DNA of 64,000 bases from an uncultured Planctomycetota bacterium (GTDB lineage: Bacteria; Planctomycetota; Planctomycetia; Isosphaerales; Isosphaeraceae), in contig CAWJTV010000033.1 of assembly GCA_963845755.1 (NCBI GenBank), forward strand, positions 32,001-96,000, read 5' to 3'. Each line of letters opens with the position of its first letter. The first letter of the stretch is position 1. Below, piece by piece: positions 51,500 through 64,000 of the stretch. The position numbers were made by a program, and so were the translations under genes. Under the pieces are notes generated by a model, which had not been told where the DNA came from, ran no database searches, and saw only the letters and a list, made by a program, of their open reading frames with translations.

Positions 51500-54400
51500 T
51501 CAAAGATCGTCGGAATCGTCGTCCGAGAGATCGTCGGGTTCGAGGTCGAGGCCGGAGGGTGGAGACGTGGCGAGGTCGGGGCGCCGATTGACGCCGACCG
51601 CCGGACTACCGGCACCGATACGCGTCGTGGCTCCTCCGTGACCGAGCAAGCGGACGAGACCGGGGCCGACGGCGCCCTCCAGGTCGAGGCAGAGCCGGTC
51701 ATCGTATCGGACGCGCAAGGATGGCCCCGCCTTGTAGATGGCGCGGCGCACCTGCTCCAGGCCCACGATCTCAAGGTACAGGTCGAGGTTGCCGGGCCGG
51801 ATCCGCACGGCGCGGAGCAATCGTTCCAGATCCTCGGGCTGGTGGCGCCCCTTATGCAGCCGCACGACGACGCCGCGAGTCAGCTCGGCACGTCCCTGAT
51901 CCAGTGGGATGATCCGGCTGACGATGAGTTCTGCGGGATCGCGACGGCGGTCGAGTGTCCCTTTGACAAAGACGATCTGGTCATTCTTGACCAGGTCGGC
52001 CATCTTGGCGTACTCCTCGGGCCAGAGCATCGCGCCGGTCGATCCGCTGAGGTCTTCGAAGGTAAACTTGGCCATCCTGGTCAACCCGGATCGGCTCTTC
52101 TGGACATTCTTCACGGCGACGTTGACGATCATGCCGCCGAGGATGACCTCGGCCTTGTCTTTCAGCGCAGGCAGGTCCGCCACACGGTGGGTCGCCAGCG
52201 CGGCAAGGAGATCGGCGTGCCGCGCCAGGGGATGGCTGGACATATAGAAGCCCAGGGCCTTCTTTTCGAGAGCCAGCTTCTCGGCATCGGACAATTCCGG
52301 TACGTCCGGGAGACTGCTGGACGCGACGGCGTGGCCGTTGCCGTTGGCCTTGCCAGCGTTTGCGGGCCCATCGAAGATGTCAAAGAGCCCGAGTTGCCCC
52401 CGGCGGCGATCCTCCTGCCTGGCCTGGCCCGCCTGGATCGCCTTGGGAAGGATGGCCAGGAGTTGTGACCGCCTCGCGCCCAGGCAATCGAACGCACCGG
52501 CGTGAATCAACGTCTCGACGCAGCCCGCTCCGACCTCCTTGGTCGAGATCCGCTCGAAGAAGTCGTCGAGACTGTGAAAGGGCCCATGCTCCGCGCGCGC
52601 CTTGACGATCGCCTCAACGGCCTTGAACCCGACTCCCTTGATCGCCCCGAGTCCGAAGTGGATTTGCCCCTCCCTGGCAACCTGGAAGTCGAGCCGCCCC
52701 TCGTTGATGTTCGGCGGCAATACCTCGATCTCCATCCGCCGGCAGTCCTCGATGTGCTCGACGAAGAACTTGTCGCGCTCCGAACCTTCCATCTCTGAGG
52801 AGAGCACCGCCACCATGAACTCGGTCGGGTAATGCGCCTTGAGATACGCTGTCTGATAGGCTAATTGAGCATATGCGGCACTGTGTGATTTATTGAAACC
52901 GTAGCCACCGAAGAACTCGATCAGGTCGAAGATCTTCGAGCGCCCGGTCCCGCTCCAACCCGCGCGCGACGGCCCCGTTGATGAACTGGTCGCGGCTCTG
53001 GGCGATGAAGTCGGACTTCTTCTTCGAGATGGCCTTGATCGTCGCGTACGCCTTGGAGAGCTCGATGCCTCCCAGACGGTTGAGGATCCGCATCACCTGC
53101 TCCTGGAAAACCATGACTCCGTAGGTCTCTTCCAGGACTTCCTTCAGTACGGGATGCAAATAGACGGCCTGCTTGCGGCGGTTCTTGACGTCGACGAACT
53201 CCTCAACCATGCCGCCGTTCAACGGGCCGGGGCGATACAGGGCGTTGGTGGCGATGATGTCGGTGAAGCGGTCTGGCCGCATCTTGATCAGAAGGTCGCG
53301 GATGCCTGGTGATTCGAATTGGAAGAGCCCCTTGGTCTCACCTCGCTGGAAGATCTCGAAAGTCTTGGGATCGTCCAGCGGGAGTCGTTCCAGATCGATG
53401 GGGGCCTCGGGGTGCCGCTGATTGATGAGCCGGACGGCCGCGTCGAGGGTGGTGAGATTGCGGAGGCCGAGGAAGTCCATCTTCAGGAGGCCGACCTTCT
53501 CGATGTCGCCCATCTCCCACTGGGTGGTGACGACTTCCTTGGCCTTGTCCTTGTTGGGCAGTTTCTGCAACGGGACGAGTTCTTCGAGCGGGCGATCGGC
53601 GATCACCACGCCCGCTGCGTGGGTGCTGATATTCCGGTTCATCCCTTCCAGCCTCTGGGCGAAGTCCAGCAGCCGCGCGACTTGGGGGTCCTCGTCGGCC
53701 ATCCGCTGCAGTTGCGGCTCCTCCTTGATGGCCTTCTCGAGGGTGATATTGAGCTTGGTGGGAACCAGCTTGTTGATCTGCTCGACCCGTGCCAGCGGGA
53801 TGTTCAGCACCCGGCCGACGTCCTTGATCGCCGCCTTGGCCTTGAGCGTGCCGAACGTACCGATCTGGGCGACGTTGGCGTCGCCGTATTTGTTCCGCAC
53901 GTACTCAATCACCTCATACCGCCGGTCCCGGCACAGGTCGATATCGATGTCAGGCGCCTCGGAGCGATTGGGGTCGAGGAACCGCTCGAAGAGCAGGTCG
54001 TACTGGAGCGGGCAGATGCTGCTGAGCCGGAGCAAGTAGCTGACGATGGAGCCGCAGGCCGATCCCCTGGCCAGCGCGGGGATGCCCTGCTCGCGCGCAT
54101 AGCGGACGAAGTCCCAGACAATCAGGAAGTAGGAGGCGAATCCCATCCGGTTGATGATGCCCAGCTCGTGGTCCAGTCGATCGCGGACTTCGGGGCCGGG
54201 TTGATCGCCATATCGCTCTTGCAGACCGGCCTCGCACAGCTCGCGGAGGTAATCCTCGGGCGTCTTCCCGGCCGGGGGGCTGAACGAGGGAAAACAACGC
54301 CGGCCCAGGCCGAGGCTTTCGTAATGGGGCTCGACCATCTCGGCGATTCGGGCCGAGGTGGCCACCGCCTCCTCCTGTCCCGGCATCGCCTCGTACATCT

Positions 54401-55163
54401 CCTCTGCGCTGCGGACGTAGAACTCGTTCGTTTCGAACCGCATTCGCGTCGGGTCGTCGAGCATCTTACCCGTATTGATGCAGAGCAGTACGTCGTGTGC
54501 CGCCGCGTCGTCGCGGGTGAGGTAGTGGGCGTCGCTGGTCCCGACCAGGGGCAGACCCATTCGCCTGGCGATATCAATCGCCCCGGCGGCGCAGTCTTTC
54601 TGGATCGGGACTCCGTTGTCCTGGATCTCGACGAAGAAGTTCTCCGCGCCGAAGGTCTTGTGATACCAGGCGCAGAGGCGCTCGGCCTCCGCGGTCTTGC
54701 CGTGGAGGATGTAGTCGGAGAACTCCGCGGAGGCGCACCCGGACAAGCAGATCAGCCCTTCGGCGTGCCGCTCGAGGATCTCCTTATCGATCCGAGGCTT
54801 GTAGTAGAACCCCTCCAGGAACGAGAGCGAGGAGAGTCGCAAAAGGTTACGGAACCCCGCGGCATTCCTGGCCAGCAGCGTCAGATGGAAAGCGTGCTCT
54901 TGCCCCGAGACGCCGCCGGCTGTCTTATCCGTGCGCCTCCCGGGCGCGACGTACGCCTCCAGGCCGACGATTGGGATGATGCCGGCCGACTTGGCCTCGC
55001 GGAGAAACTCGACGGCTCCGTAGAGGTTTCCATGGTCGGTCAGCGCCAGCGCGGGCATACCCAGCGTCTTGACACGATGGACCAGCTCCGGGATCTTGCT
55101 GGCCCCATCGAGAAGGCTGTAATGACTGTGGCAATGAAGATGCACAAACGGTCGGCTGGACAT
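51500..55163 (-). CDS. dnaE: DNA polymerase III alpha subunit (frameshift near 52940, probably a sequencing error)
   Basis: FVHLHCHSHYSLLDG, TDHGN, RGSACGS, PDIDID, KMDFLGL; second frame GYGFNKSH, LPPNIN, GFYMSSHP. Confidence 0.96.
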
Positions 55164-55512
55164 CGTCGAATCACTCGCGCTAGGCTGCAACGACGGCCGA
55201 CGGGCACCTCCGGCGCCTTCCAGCCGCATCTGGGGCTCAGGGTCGATCCCCACATCCCGAGTTGCAATCCACAATTGTGGGTGAACTGGCGACCAGATTC
55301 ATTGTAACACAAACTCGCGCACACGCCGGAGAGTGTGCCTCCGGGCCCCTCGGCAAATCCGTCGCATCCTGTCGAGGGGACCGGCCAGGCAGCTTGTGAG
55401 GGTTCCTCGCAGTCTTCAGGCCGTGAGGAATCTTCCGAGATCACGGAGCATCGGCAGGCCGTCCCTGTTGGCGGAACTTACTGCTGTTGTAGAATACTAC
55501 GCTGGCAGCGAA

Positions 55513-55571
55513 GTCGGTCAGGCTTTCCAGCCTGACGAGTCTGGGGAGTCAGGCCAGATCGCTTGACCGAC
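55513..55571. repeat. REP/REPIN-like inverted doublet
   Basis: GTCGGTCAGGCTTTCCAGCCTGAC-11 nt-GTCAGGCCAGATCGCTTGACCGAC; related half copy GTAGGTCAGGCTTTC at 12616-12630. Confidence 0.65.
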
Positions 55572-55603
55572 CTTCCGGGCAATCGGGGGAAGCGAGAACG
55601 AGT

Positions 55604-56470
55604 ATGTCAGATCACCGTCTTGATTCGTCTGAGACGAACCCGCTGGTCGGCCTCGACGAGTGGGAATCGTTCCTGGAGGAGCGTTATCCTCAACCCCAAG
55701 AGGCGTCGACGTTTCGGGATTACGGGACGAACGTCCGTCCCGCGGTTCGGGAGTTCTACCGGCTCAATCACCGGTATCAGACCCTCGAGTTCGTCCTCGC
55801 GAAGGAGCGGCAATACCTGGCGAAGGATCACCGAACGATGGGGATCTGGGAGGCGATGGAGTTCCTCAATACGCTGGTCAACGACAGCGACCCGGATACG
55901 GATCTGACCCAGATCCAGCACCTGATGCAGACTGCTGAGGCTATTCGGGCCGCCGGTCACCCGCGCTGGTTCGTCCTGACCGGGCTGATCCACGACCTTG
56001 GCAAGATCCTTTGTCTCTTCGACGAGCCGCAATGGGCCGTCGTCGGTGACACGTTCCCCGTCGGCTGCGGATATTCGGAGAAGATCGTCTTTGCCGAGTT
56101 CTTCCGGGACAACCCTGACCACGCCATCCCGGCTTACCAGACTGAGTGTGGAATCTACGAGCCGGGCTGCGGGCTGGATCGCGTCCACCTCTCGTGGGGC
56201 CACGACGAGTACCTCTATCACATCGTCAAGGAGCATCTGCCGGAAGAAGGTCTGGCCATGATCCGCTATCACTCCTTCTACGCCGCCCATCGCGAAGGGG
56301 CCTACGCCCACTTGATGAACGACAACGACCGGAAACGCATGGACTGGGTCCGCAAGTTCAACCCGTTCGACCTGTATTCGAAGGGGCACGAACCTCCCGA
56401 CGTCGATGCCCTTCGGCCCTACTACGAAGATCTGATCGCCGAGTACTTCCCGGCCAGACTCGCGTGGTAA
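55604..56470 (+). CDS. myo-inositol oxygenase family protein
   Basis: NDSDPDTD, HLMQTAEAIR, GLIHDLGK, QWAVVGDTFPVGC, SWGHDEY, IRYHSFY, FDLYSK. Confidence 0.92.
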   Translation: MSDHRLDSSETNPLVGLDEWESFLEERYPQPQEASTFRDYGTNVRPAVREFYRLNHRYQTLEFVLAKERQYLAKDHRTMGIWEAMEFLNTLVNDSDPDTDLTQIQHLMQTAEAIRAAGHPRWFVLTGLIHDLGKILCLFDEPQWAVVGDTFPVGCGYSEKIVFAEFFRDNPDHAIPAYQTECGIYEPGCGLDRVHLSWGHDEYLYHIVKEHLPEEGLAMIRYHSFYAAHREGAYAHLMNDNDRKRMDWVRKFNPFDLYSKGHEPPDVDALRPYYEDLIAEYFPARLAW

Positions 56471-56517
56471 AGACGGGGCGTGTGGAAACGACGGCGATTA
56501 ATTTCAAGAACGTCCCG

Positions 56518-57414
56518 ATGAGTGAATACCAGTACTACGAATTCCGCGCGATCGATCGTCCGCTCTCCCAGCGCGAGATGGATGAGTTGCGCACGTTGTC
56601 CACGCGGGCCGAAATCACGGCCACGAGCTTTGCGAACACGTACAACTTCGGAAACTTCCGGGGCAATCCCGAGAAGTTGATGGACCGCTACTTCGACGCG
56701 TTCGTCCACGTCACCAACTGGGGCACGAGTCGGCTGATGTTCCGGATCCCGCGGCGCTTCGTCGATGTCGTGGCAATACGAGAATACGGCGTCGAGGATG
56801 TCCTCACGATCAAGGCAAGCAAACCGCACGTCGTGATCGATTTTGTCTCGAATGAAGAGGGTGGCGATTGGATTGACGGAGAGCCCTGGATGCCGAACCT
56901 GATCGGCATCCGAGCCGAACTGATGCGCGGCGATCTCCGCGCCCTCTACATTGGATGGCTCTCCTCGTTGCGCGATCGATTCGGTCACGACGCCGAGGAG
57001 TTGGATGAAGAGGGTGATCAGCTCGAGCCTCCCGTGCCGCCCGGCCTCGCCAAGCTCTCGCCATCACTCAAGGCGCTGGCTGATTTCCTATGCGTTGAGG
57101 ACGAGCTGATCGAGGTCGCCGCGCAGGGGATCGACGGCGAGGCGCCGAGCGAACCATCGGCAGAGGAACTTGTACCGTGGATCAAGAAGCTGCCCGCCGC
57201 CGACAAGAACCAGTATCTCCTACGATTCCTCACCGACGAGGGAGACCTCTTGCTCAGAAGCGAGCTGTTCCAACGTTACAAAGCGACGATCAAGTCCAAG
57301 AACCCACACGCTGACCAACTCCAGCGGCGGAAGGCCTCGCGATTGCTGGCAGCCTGCGACGCCCGGATCGAGGAGAAGCGACGAAAGAAGGCCAAGCCCG
57401 CCAGGAAGAGATGA
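56518..57414 (+). CDS. Conserved-looking hypothetical protein
   Basis: MSEYQYYEFRAIDRPL...YFDAFVHVTNWG...GDLRALYIGWL; protein-like composition, co-oriented with MIOX. Confidence 0.78.
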   Translation: MSEYQYYEFRAIDRPLSQREMDELRTLSTRAEITATSFANTYNFGNFRGNPEKLMDRYFDAFVHVTNWGTSRLMFRIPRRFVDVVAIREYGVEDVLTIKASKPHVVIDFVSNEEGGDWIDGEPWMPNLIGIRAELMRGDLRALYIGWLSSLRDRFGHDAEELDEEGDQLEPPVPPGLAKLSPSLKALADFLCVEDELIEVAAQGIDGEAPSEPSAEELVPWIKKLPAADKNQYLLRFLTDEGDLLLRSELFQRYKATIKSKNPHADQLQRRKASRLLAACDARIEEKRRKKAKPARKR

Positions 57415-57442
57415 GGGGGTGCCATCCCGCTGTCCCACTCAC

Positions 57443-57781
57443 TCACGAACCTTTCCGGCGAGGTGCGGGCCGGCTGGGGGGCGGCTCACGGAAATCGGCG
57501 CCGCCCTCAACCGGGGGCCCCTCCGCATCCTCGCTTGTCCAAGCCGGAGTGGGAGGCATCATCTCCCGTTGTCGCCGCGTGCGCCTTCGAGGGGTCGGCT
57601 CCGGCGAAGCGTTCAAAGCGGCTTGGAGCATGGCAGCGATCAGCGTTTCTCCGAAATAAAGCAGTCCGGCAAGGAAGAACGCGCACCAGAGATACTCTTT
57701 AACCCACAAGACGCCGAAGATGATGGAGAGAAGGAACAACCGCTGAATGCGGAGTCCCAGTTCGGTCTGGTTTTTCTTCAT
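57443..57781 (-). CDS. Small hypothetical membrane protein
   Basis: Two hydrophobic segments; follows the dehydratase on the same strand. Confidence 0.5.
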   Translation of the reverse strand: MKKNQTELGLRIQRLFLLSIIFGVLWVKEYLWCAFFLAGLLYFGETLIAAMLQAALNASPEPTPRRRTRRQREMMPPTPAWTSEDAEGPPVEGGADFREPPPSRPAPRRKGS

Positions 57782-57831
57782 CGGATCGTCCGGGGGTTCG
57801 GAGTGGTGATACCATCAACAAAGCGATGCGG

Positions 57832-59832
57832 TCAGCCCCTCAGGGTGCGTGCCGCCTGGAGGGCGGCGATGATGGCGTCCGTGTCGAAGACGCAGCCGCC
57901 CCACGTGCCCCCGCCGACGGCCTGTAAAGCGGCCCAGAGTCGTGTGTCGTCAGGTAGATCTGGGTCGGCCGAAAGCATGGAGTGTGCGGATCGTCGGGCC
58001 AGGATTCGGGAGCCTTCGTCGGAGCCGAACTCGACGCCGTCAGAGCCGATCAAGTCGAGCGACCCATCGAGGTTGACTCGGTCCACGACGATCCGGACCA
58101 GGTCGCCATCGCGCACCTTGCCGATCGGACCGCCGGCCAGGGCCTCCGGGCTGACATGCCCCACGCACGCGCCGGTGGAAACACCCGAGAATCGGGCGTC
58201 CGTCAGGACGGCGACGTGCTTGCCGAAGGACAGGTAGCGGAGCGCACGAGGTGATCTGGAAGATTTCCTCCATCCCGGCCCCGAGAGGCCCGCGACCCAT
58301 CAGGACCAGGACGTCTCCAGGCCGGATCGGCCGATCGCCCTGTCCCTTGATCGCGGCGATAGCCTCGCGCTCCCGAGTGAAGACCCGCGCCGGGCCGGTC
58401 TTGCGATAGACGCCGTCCGGGTCCACCACGGTCGGGTCGATGGCTGTGCTCTTGATGACCGAGCCCTCGGGCGCGAGGTTCCCGCGTGGGAAGGTGACGG
58501 TGCTGGTCAGCCCGTGCTCGCGGGCACGGACCGGACTCATGATCACGTCGTCGGGATCGACGCTGTCCTGTTCATAGAGCCGATCCCGCAGTCGCTTCCG
58601 GCGCTCGCTCGTCTCCCACCAGGCGAGCAGGTGTTCGAGGGGCTCGCCGGTTATGGTGAGGGCCGACAGGTCGAGCAAGCCGAGCTCCCGGAGGTGAAGC
58701 ATGACCTCCGGGACGCCCCCGGCCAGGAAGGCACGCACCGTCGGATGATAGAACGGGCCATTCGGCAGGACGCTGACCAACCGGGGAACCTTGACGTTGA
58801 TGTCATGCCAGTCTTCGACCGTGGGCCGGGGCAGGCCGGCCGCGAACGCGATGGCCGGGATGTGGAGGATCAAGTTCGTCGAGCCGCCGAACGCCGCGTG
58901 GACGACCATCGCGTTCTTGATCGATGACTCAGTGAGTATATCGCAGAGCGTGCGGCCGGCCTGAGACAGCGCAACCAGGGCGTGGGCCGAACGCCGGGCC
59001 ATGTCGTGCCAGATCGGCTGGCCGGATGGCGCCAGCGCGGCGTGGGGGACCGTCAGGCCGAGCGCCTCGGCGACGACCTGCGAGGTGGCCGCCGTCCCGA
59101 GGAACTGGCAGCCGCCCCCGGGACTGCCACAGGCTCGGCAGCCCAGCTCGGATGCCTCGGCCAGGCTGAGTTCACCTTGCGAGAAACGTGCACCGATCGA
59201 TTGAATCTTCCCCGCATCCTCGCCCTCGCGCGCGGGAGGGTCACGCCGCCAGGCACCAGGACGCACGGCAGGTGCTTAGACCCTGCCAGGGCCATCATCA
59301 TGGCGGGCAGTCCCTTGTCGCAGGTCGCGACGCCGAGCACCCCTTTCCGTCGCGGCAGCGACCGGATCAAGCGCCGGAAGACGATCGCGGCGTCGTTTCG
59401 GTACGGCAGGCTGTCCATCATCCCGGTCGTGCCCTGAGTCCGACCGTCGCAGGGGTCGGAGACCATGCCCGCGAACGGGACGACGTCCAGCGTCCGAAGC
59501 TCCTCGGCCGCGTCCTGGACGAGCAGGCCGATTTCCCAGTGGCCGGTGTGGTATCCCAGTGCGATGGGCCGGCCGTCGGGCGCGCGCAGGCCGCCCTGCG
59601 TGCTCAGGATCAAGTACGGATCGCGCGCGACTTCACTCGCCGTCCAGCCCATCCCCGCGTTCTGGGTCAACCCGAACAGGTCGCCCGAAGGCCAGTTCTG
59701 GAGCATCTCCCCCGTGAGCGGGAGCGAGCCCTCAGGGCCCTCGGCCTGCGTAGTCACAGCGTAGACGGCGGGATCCTGGGAATCGAGAATCCCGCTGAGG
59801 TTACTGTCGGCCGAAGAACGAACGGATGCCAT
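57832..59832 (-). CDS. YjhG/YagF-family sugar-acid (D-xylonate) dehydratase, IlvD/Edd superfamily (frameshifts near 59235 and 58245)
   Basis: [63 protein letters not shown]. Confidence 0.88.
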
Positions 59833-60061
59833 GTGTGTCGCCATTCCAAACACGAGATCGATCGAATCGATCATCATCGGGAGGGAGCTTTCGCAGTCTC
59901 ACGACCGCTACGATGAGCTTGGTCGTAGTCTTTATCATGACGTAGAACGTACACTCAAGGCAACGGCCGAACACTTCTACTCGCTGCGCTCTGTCCGAAT
60001 AAGTGACTCCATGCAAGTCGCGTGTTATTATGCCGGAGTAACCGCCTCCAAGGAGGAGCCC

Positions 60062-60736
60062 ATGCCGATACACAACTGGTCTCATGTGCCCACTGGGCTG
60101 TTCCACCACTTCCTTCAGTGTTGGACCGTGTCGATCTGCGACTCTTTGAACTCGGAGCGACTACCCAAAGGATGCTCCGCACTGATCGAACCGAGTGGCG
60201 CGGCAATACATCTTGATGGGGGTACTCTTGACCAGTCGGCGAGGCCGGACAGATGCAGCGACGAGGACACGTATGCGGCCAAGGCCAACCTTGTTGCCAT
60301 TCACCGTCCGCTGGGGAAGGTAGTCGCAGTCATCAAGGTCCTATCGTTAGGGAACAAGAACAGCCGCCACGCACTTCGGTCATTCGTCGAGAAGACCCTC
60401 ATTTTTCTCGATCAGGGTGTCAGTCTCCTGATCATCGACCTATTCCCACCGAGCCGGCGGGACCCTCAAGGGATCCACAAGGTCATCTGGGACGAGATTC
60501 GAGAGAAGCCGTTCGAGTTGCCTTCAGATAAGCTGCTCACGCTGGTGGCTTACACCGCCGGGGCGGTCAAGACGGCCTACGTCGAGCCGGTCGCCGTCGG
60601 AGAACCGCTTCCCGACATGCCCCTCTTTCTCGACCCAGACACTTATATCCTCGTGCCGCTCGAGGCGACGTATCTGGCGGCCTGGGAAACCTGCCCGGAA
60701 GAGTTCCGGGAAGCCGTCGAGACTTTCACTCTTTGA
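60062..60736 (+). CDS. DUF4058-like protein
   Basis: AAGGAGG RBS; MPIHNW...LFHHF, LLIIDLFPPSRRDPQGIH, LPDMPLFL, PLEATY. Confidence 0.7.
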   Translation: MPIHNWSHVPTGLFHHFLQCWTVSICDSLNSERLPKGCSALIEPSGAAIHLDGGTLDQSARPDRCSDEDTYAAKANLVAIHRPLGKVVAVIKVLSLGNKNSRHALRSFVEKTLIFLDQGVSLLIIDLFPPSRRDPQGIHKVIWDEIREKPFELPSDKLLTLVAYTAGAVKTAYVEPVAVGEPLPDMPLFLDPDTYILVPLEATYLAAWETCPEEFREAVETFTL

Positions 60737-60753
60737 TTCGCAAGCTTCTCGCA

Positions 60754-63137
60754 TCACAGTGACTTCGCGGTCTCCGCCTTACCCTTGTCGTGGGGAGGTC
60801 CCGCCGGCAGGTTCTCCTTCAAATACCGCGTCATCAACTGCCGCAGATGCAGCGTCGTGTTTTGCCCCTCATTGATCGCGTGCGAGCGGTTGGGATAGGC
60901 CATCATCGTGAACGGCTTGTCGTGGCGGATCAGCTCGTTGATCAGCGCCTCGGTCCCCTGGTAATGGCAGTTGTCGTCGCCGGTGCCGTGGATGAGTAGG
61001 AGCTTCCCCTTGAGCTGATGGGCGAAGTTGATCGGCGAGCCCTGGGTGAAGCCATCCACATTATCGCCGGGCAGTCCCATGTAGCGCTCCTGATAGATCG
61101 TGTCGTAATACCGCTGGTTGGCGACCGGGGCGATCGCGATGGCCATGGAATAAAGGTCCGGGTACTTGAAGATCGCATTCAGGCTCATCGACCCGCCGCC
61201 ACTCCAGCCCCAGATGCCGATCCGCTTCGCGTCGATGTAGGGCCGCTTCTTCATCACGGCCCTGACGGCCGCGGCCTGCTCCTGGGCGCCAGGATACCGA
61301 CCTTGCGATGCACGGCCCTACGCCAGGCCCGACCGCGGGGCGCCGGCGTGCCGCGGTTGTCGATGCTCATCACGATGTATCCCTGTAGCGCGAGCATCCG
61401 GTGCCATAACGCATTGCCGCCGCCCCAGGCATCGAGTACCGTCTGGCCGGCCGGCTCGCCGTAGACGTGGACCAGCAGGGGATACTTCTCGTTCGGGTCG
61501 AAGTCGGCTGGATAGATACACCAACCGTCGAGCGCGATCCCCTGGCCAATGTCGACCCGGAAGAACTCCGTCTTGACCTTCTTGAGGGCCTCGAGCTTCT
61601 TCTTGAGGGCAGAATTATCTGTGAGCAGCTTGACTCGCTCGTGACTCGGCAGTCGGATCAGCTCGCTGATCGGGGGCGTCTCGAAGTTCGAGTACCGATG
61701 AATCGCCCACCGTGCGCCGGGTGCGATCTGGTAGTCGTGCGAGCCGGACTGGTCCTTGGGGGTAATCCTCTCGCGGCCCGTCCCGTCGAGCCGGACACGA
61801 TAGAGGTACTTCTGTGTCGGGTTCTCGGGCGATGCGAGGAAATAGAGATGGCCCGACTTCTCGTCGGCCTCCAGGAGTTGGATCACGTCGAAATCGCCGG
61901 GCGTGATCAATTTCGGAGTCCCACTCTTTCGATCGACCCGGTAGACATGGCGCCAGCCGTCACGCTCGCTGAGCCAGAGGAACTCCTGACCCTTGTTGAT
62001 CCAGGGCAGCTCGTCCTGGAGATCGAGCCAGGCGTCGTCGTGCTCGGTCAGGATCTCGCGCGCGGTCATGACTGGAAAAGGGACGGCGTAGAGACTAGAC
62101 GGAGGAGGAACGTCGATGCCCATAGCCCGCATACGCTCTCGCGTCGAGTCATCAGGACGGGGTGTTTCCTTGGGTTCGAGATCGATGAGCAACACTTTCG
62201 CCGTGTTCTGAAGCCGATTCATCCTCTGGAGAACAATCTCCCGGGAGTTGCCGGCCCATTCCAGGAATGGGATGTAGTGATCGCGATCGGGGGCGGTGAG
62301 CCACTTCGGCACGATGTCCCCGACGGACACGACGCCCACGCGGCATAACGCATTCTGTTCGCCGACCTTGGGATACTTCACCGCTGTGATCCGCGGATAG
62401 AGCGTGTCGGTGTTATTGATGAGAGAGTACTCGCGGACACCCTGGGTATTCAGATTCCAGAATGCGATCGACTTCCCGTCGGGACTCCATCGGTAGCCAT
62501 CGCGCAGGCCGAACTCCTCCTCATACACCCAGTCAAACGTGCCGTTGATCTCGTCGGGCGATTGGCAAGCCGTCAATTGGCTGATCTGGCCGTCGCGAAG
62601 GTCTTCGACGTAGAGGTTGTTCGCGCGGACGTAAGCCACCAGAGAACCGACCGGCGCGAACTTGGCGAACATCAGCGAGGATGCTGGGGCATCACCACCC
62701 AGCTTCCGCAGCTCGTGGCTGGCCCGATCCAGCACCCAGTAGTCGCCGCGGGTGTTCTGTCGCCAGACGCGTTTCGAGTTGGTGAATATCAGCAGGCGTG
62801 CGCGATCGTCGGAGAGCGTATAGCCGTGGATCCCTAGCGGGGCCGACTCGCGAGGCGGGATGAGGTGCGCCGCGGAGACCAGGACGTCCCGCTTGCCGGT
62901 CTCGGCGTCGTACTGGACGAGATCCTGACCGCCGGTTGAGTCCTTCGACGCTTCCAGAGTCGTATATCCGATTCCATCATGGAGCCATCGCACCGACGGG
63001 GATTCCGCCTCGAACTCGTGGCGGCCGAAGATCTCTTCGACCGACAGCTTGGAGGCGTCTGCCTTCTCCTCGGCGCGAAGGGTGATGGCCGGCAGGATCG
63101 CCAGGCCGAGAGCCACGACCAGACACCGTCGATTCAT
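60754..63137 (-). CDS. S9B dipeptidyl-peptidase IV family (frameshift near 61285)
   Basis: Signal peptide; DWVYEEEF, YPKVG, VYGEP, GWSGGG, HGTGDDNCH, RSH. Confidence 0.92.
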
Positions 63138-63178
63138 CGGCGACGACTCCTTACTTTGTGGTTCAATGAAGATCCTGT

Positions 63179-64000
63179 TCATCCTACCACGACGACCGCC
63201 TCACCGAGCACGTCCCTGCGCGGCGTGATGCCGAGTCCGGGCACGAGCGGTGCGGCCATCCGGCCATCGACCCGTTGCGGTGCGCCCTCGGCCGTGCTCA
63301 CGGTCACATAGCTGTTGAAGTCCGTGGACGTGAACAAGAGCTCGGTCGGCGTGCTATGAGCCAGGTGGGCGATCGCGGCGGTCGTGATATCGCCGCCCCA
63401 GGAATCCTCGATCGTCATCGCGATTCCCAGTGAAACACAGAGATCGCGCGCCTGTCGGGCCCGGGTCAGGCCGCCGAACTTGCTGATCTTGATGTTGACA
63501 ACATCCATGGCCCGGTCGGCATGTCCGCGCAACAGGGGATCCAGCGAGTCGATCACCTCGTCGAGCACGAAGGGATGGTCGCAGTGCCGTCGGACTGTGA
63601 GGCATTCCTCGTAGCTCCGGCACGGTTGTTCGATGTAGACATCAACGTCGCGCACGGCGCGGACGACCCGCAGGGCGTCGTGCATCAGCCACCCGGTGTT
63701 GGCATCGGCAACAAGCCGGTCGCCGGGTTTCAGTACCGCGGCAACCGCCTTGATGCGATCGATGTCGACCAGCGGATCGCCGCCGACCTTCAACTGGAAC
63801 CGCCGATAACCTTCGGCTCGATACTCGGCCACGCGGCGGGCCATCGCCTCAGGGGCCTCCTGCGAGATCGCGCGGTACAGGACGAAGTCGTCGCCATAAC
63901 GCCCACCCAGTAGGACGCAGACCGGCTGGCCCGTCGCCTTGCCGAGGACGTCCCAGCACGCGATGTCGATCGCCGACTTGACGTACGGGTGGCCCTGGAG
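63179..64000 (-). CDS. Mandelate racemase/enolase-superfamily enzyme (hydroxyproline dehydratase/epimerase-like), 5' end outside window
   Basis: [46 protein letters not shown]; frame open to the window edge. Confidence 0.85.
   Translation of the reverse strand, partial: LQGHPYVKSAIDIACWDVLGKATGQPVCVLLGGRYGDDFVLYRAISQEAPEAMARRVAEYRAEGYRRFQLKVGGDPLVDIDRIKAVAAVLKPGDRLVADANTGWLMHDALRVVRAVRDVDVYIEQPCRSYEECLTVRRHCDHPFVLDEVIDSLDPLLRGHADRAMDVVNIKISKFGGLTRARQARDLCVSLGIAMTIEDSWGGDITTAAIAHLAHSTPTELLFTSTDFNSYVTVSTAEGAPQRVDGRMAAPLVPGLGITPRRDVLGEAVVVVG

Noticed and set aside
52816..52950. Split dnaE close to the GYGFNKSH motif, where cyanobacterial DnaE is split by an intein
   Set aside because: No intein sequence or intergenic gap. 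The polymerase sequence continues directly in another frame (KIFDLIEFFGGYGFNKSH), consistent with a single indel error.
53319..55307. 662-aa plus-strand ORF
   Set aside because: Antisense shadow of dnaE.

Overview
High-GC bacterial chromosomal window, by inference from a planctomycete (Isosphaeraceae-like). Supporting signs are three DUF1559 genes, an ECF sigma/Ser-Thr kinase pair, a PEP-CTERM protein and no rpmD. 1-10.6 kb is the S10-spc ribosomal protein operon on the minus strand (rpsJ to the 5' end of rplO). 10.9-24.4 kb is accessory: a PEP-CTERM protein, an intact IS5-family element with TIRs and a TTA target duplication, two beta-repeat hypotheticals, an aspartyl protease-like gene, a CzcA/CzcB-type RND pair, a patch of gene relics and a DUF1559 gene. 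24.5-29.9 kb is an ECF sigma / kinase / paralogous membrane pair / PspA operon. The rest holds housekeeping and metabolic genes: an Sm-like protein, TPM protein, M24 peptidase, accBC, pfk, nuoLM, asparaginase, dnaE, MIOX, xylonate dehydratase, S9 peptidase and an enolase-superfamily enzyme. More than ten genes, including essential rplC, rplV and dnaE, carry single frameshifts that are most likely assembly errors. The most striking unexplained signal is at about ten operon-internal gene junctions. Each is filled by inverted arrays of 7- or 8-nt tandem repeats whose unit differs from site to site, typically running from the upstream stop codon to the downstream ribosome-binding site.
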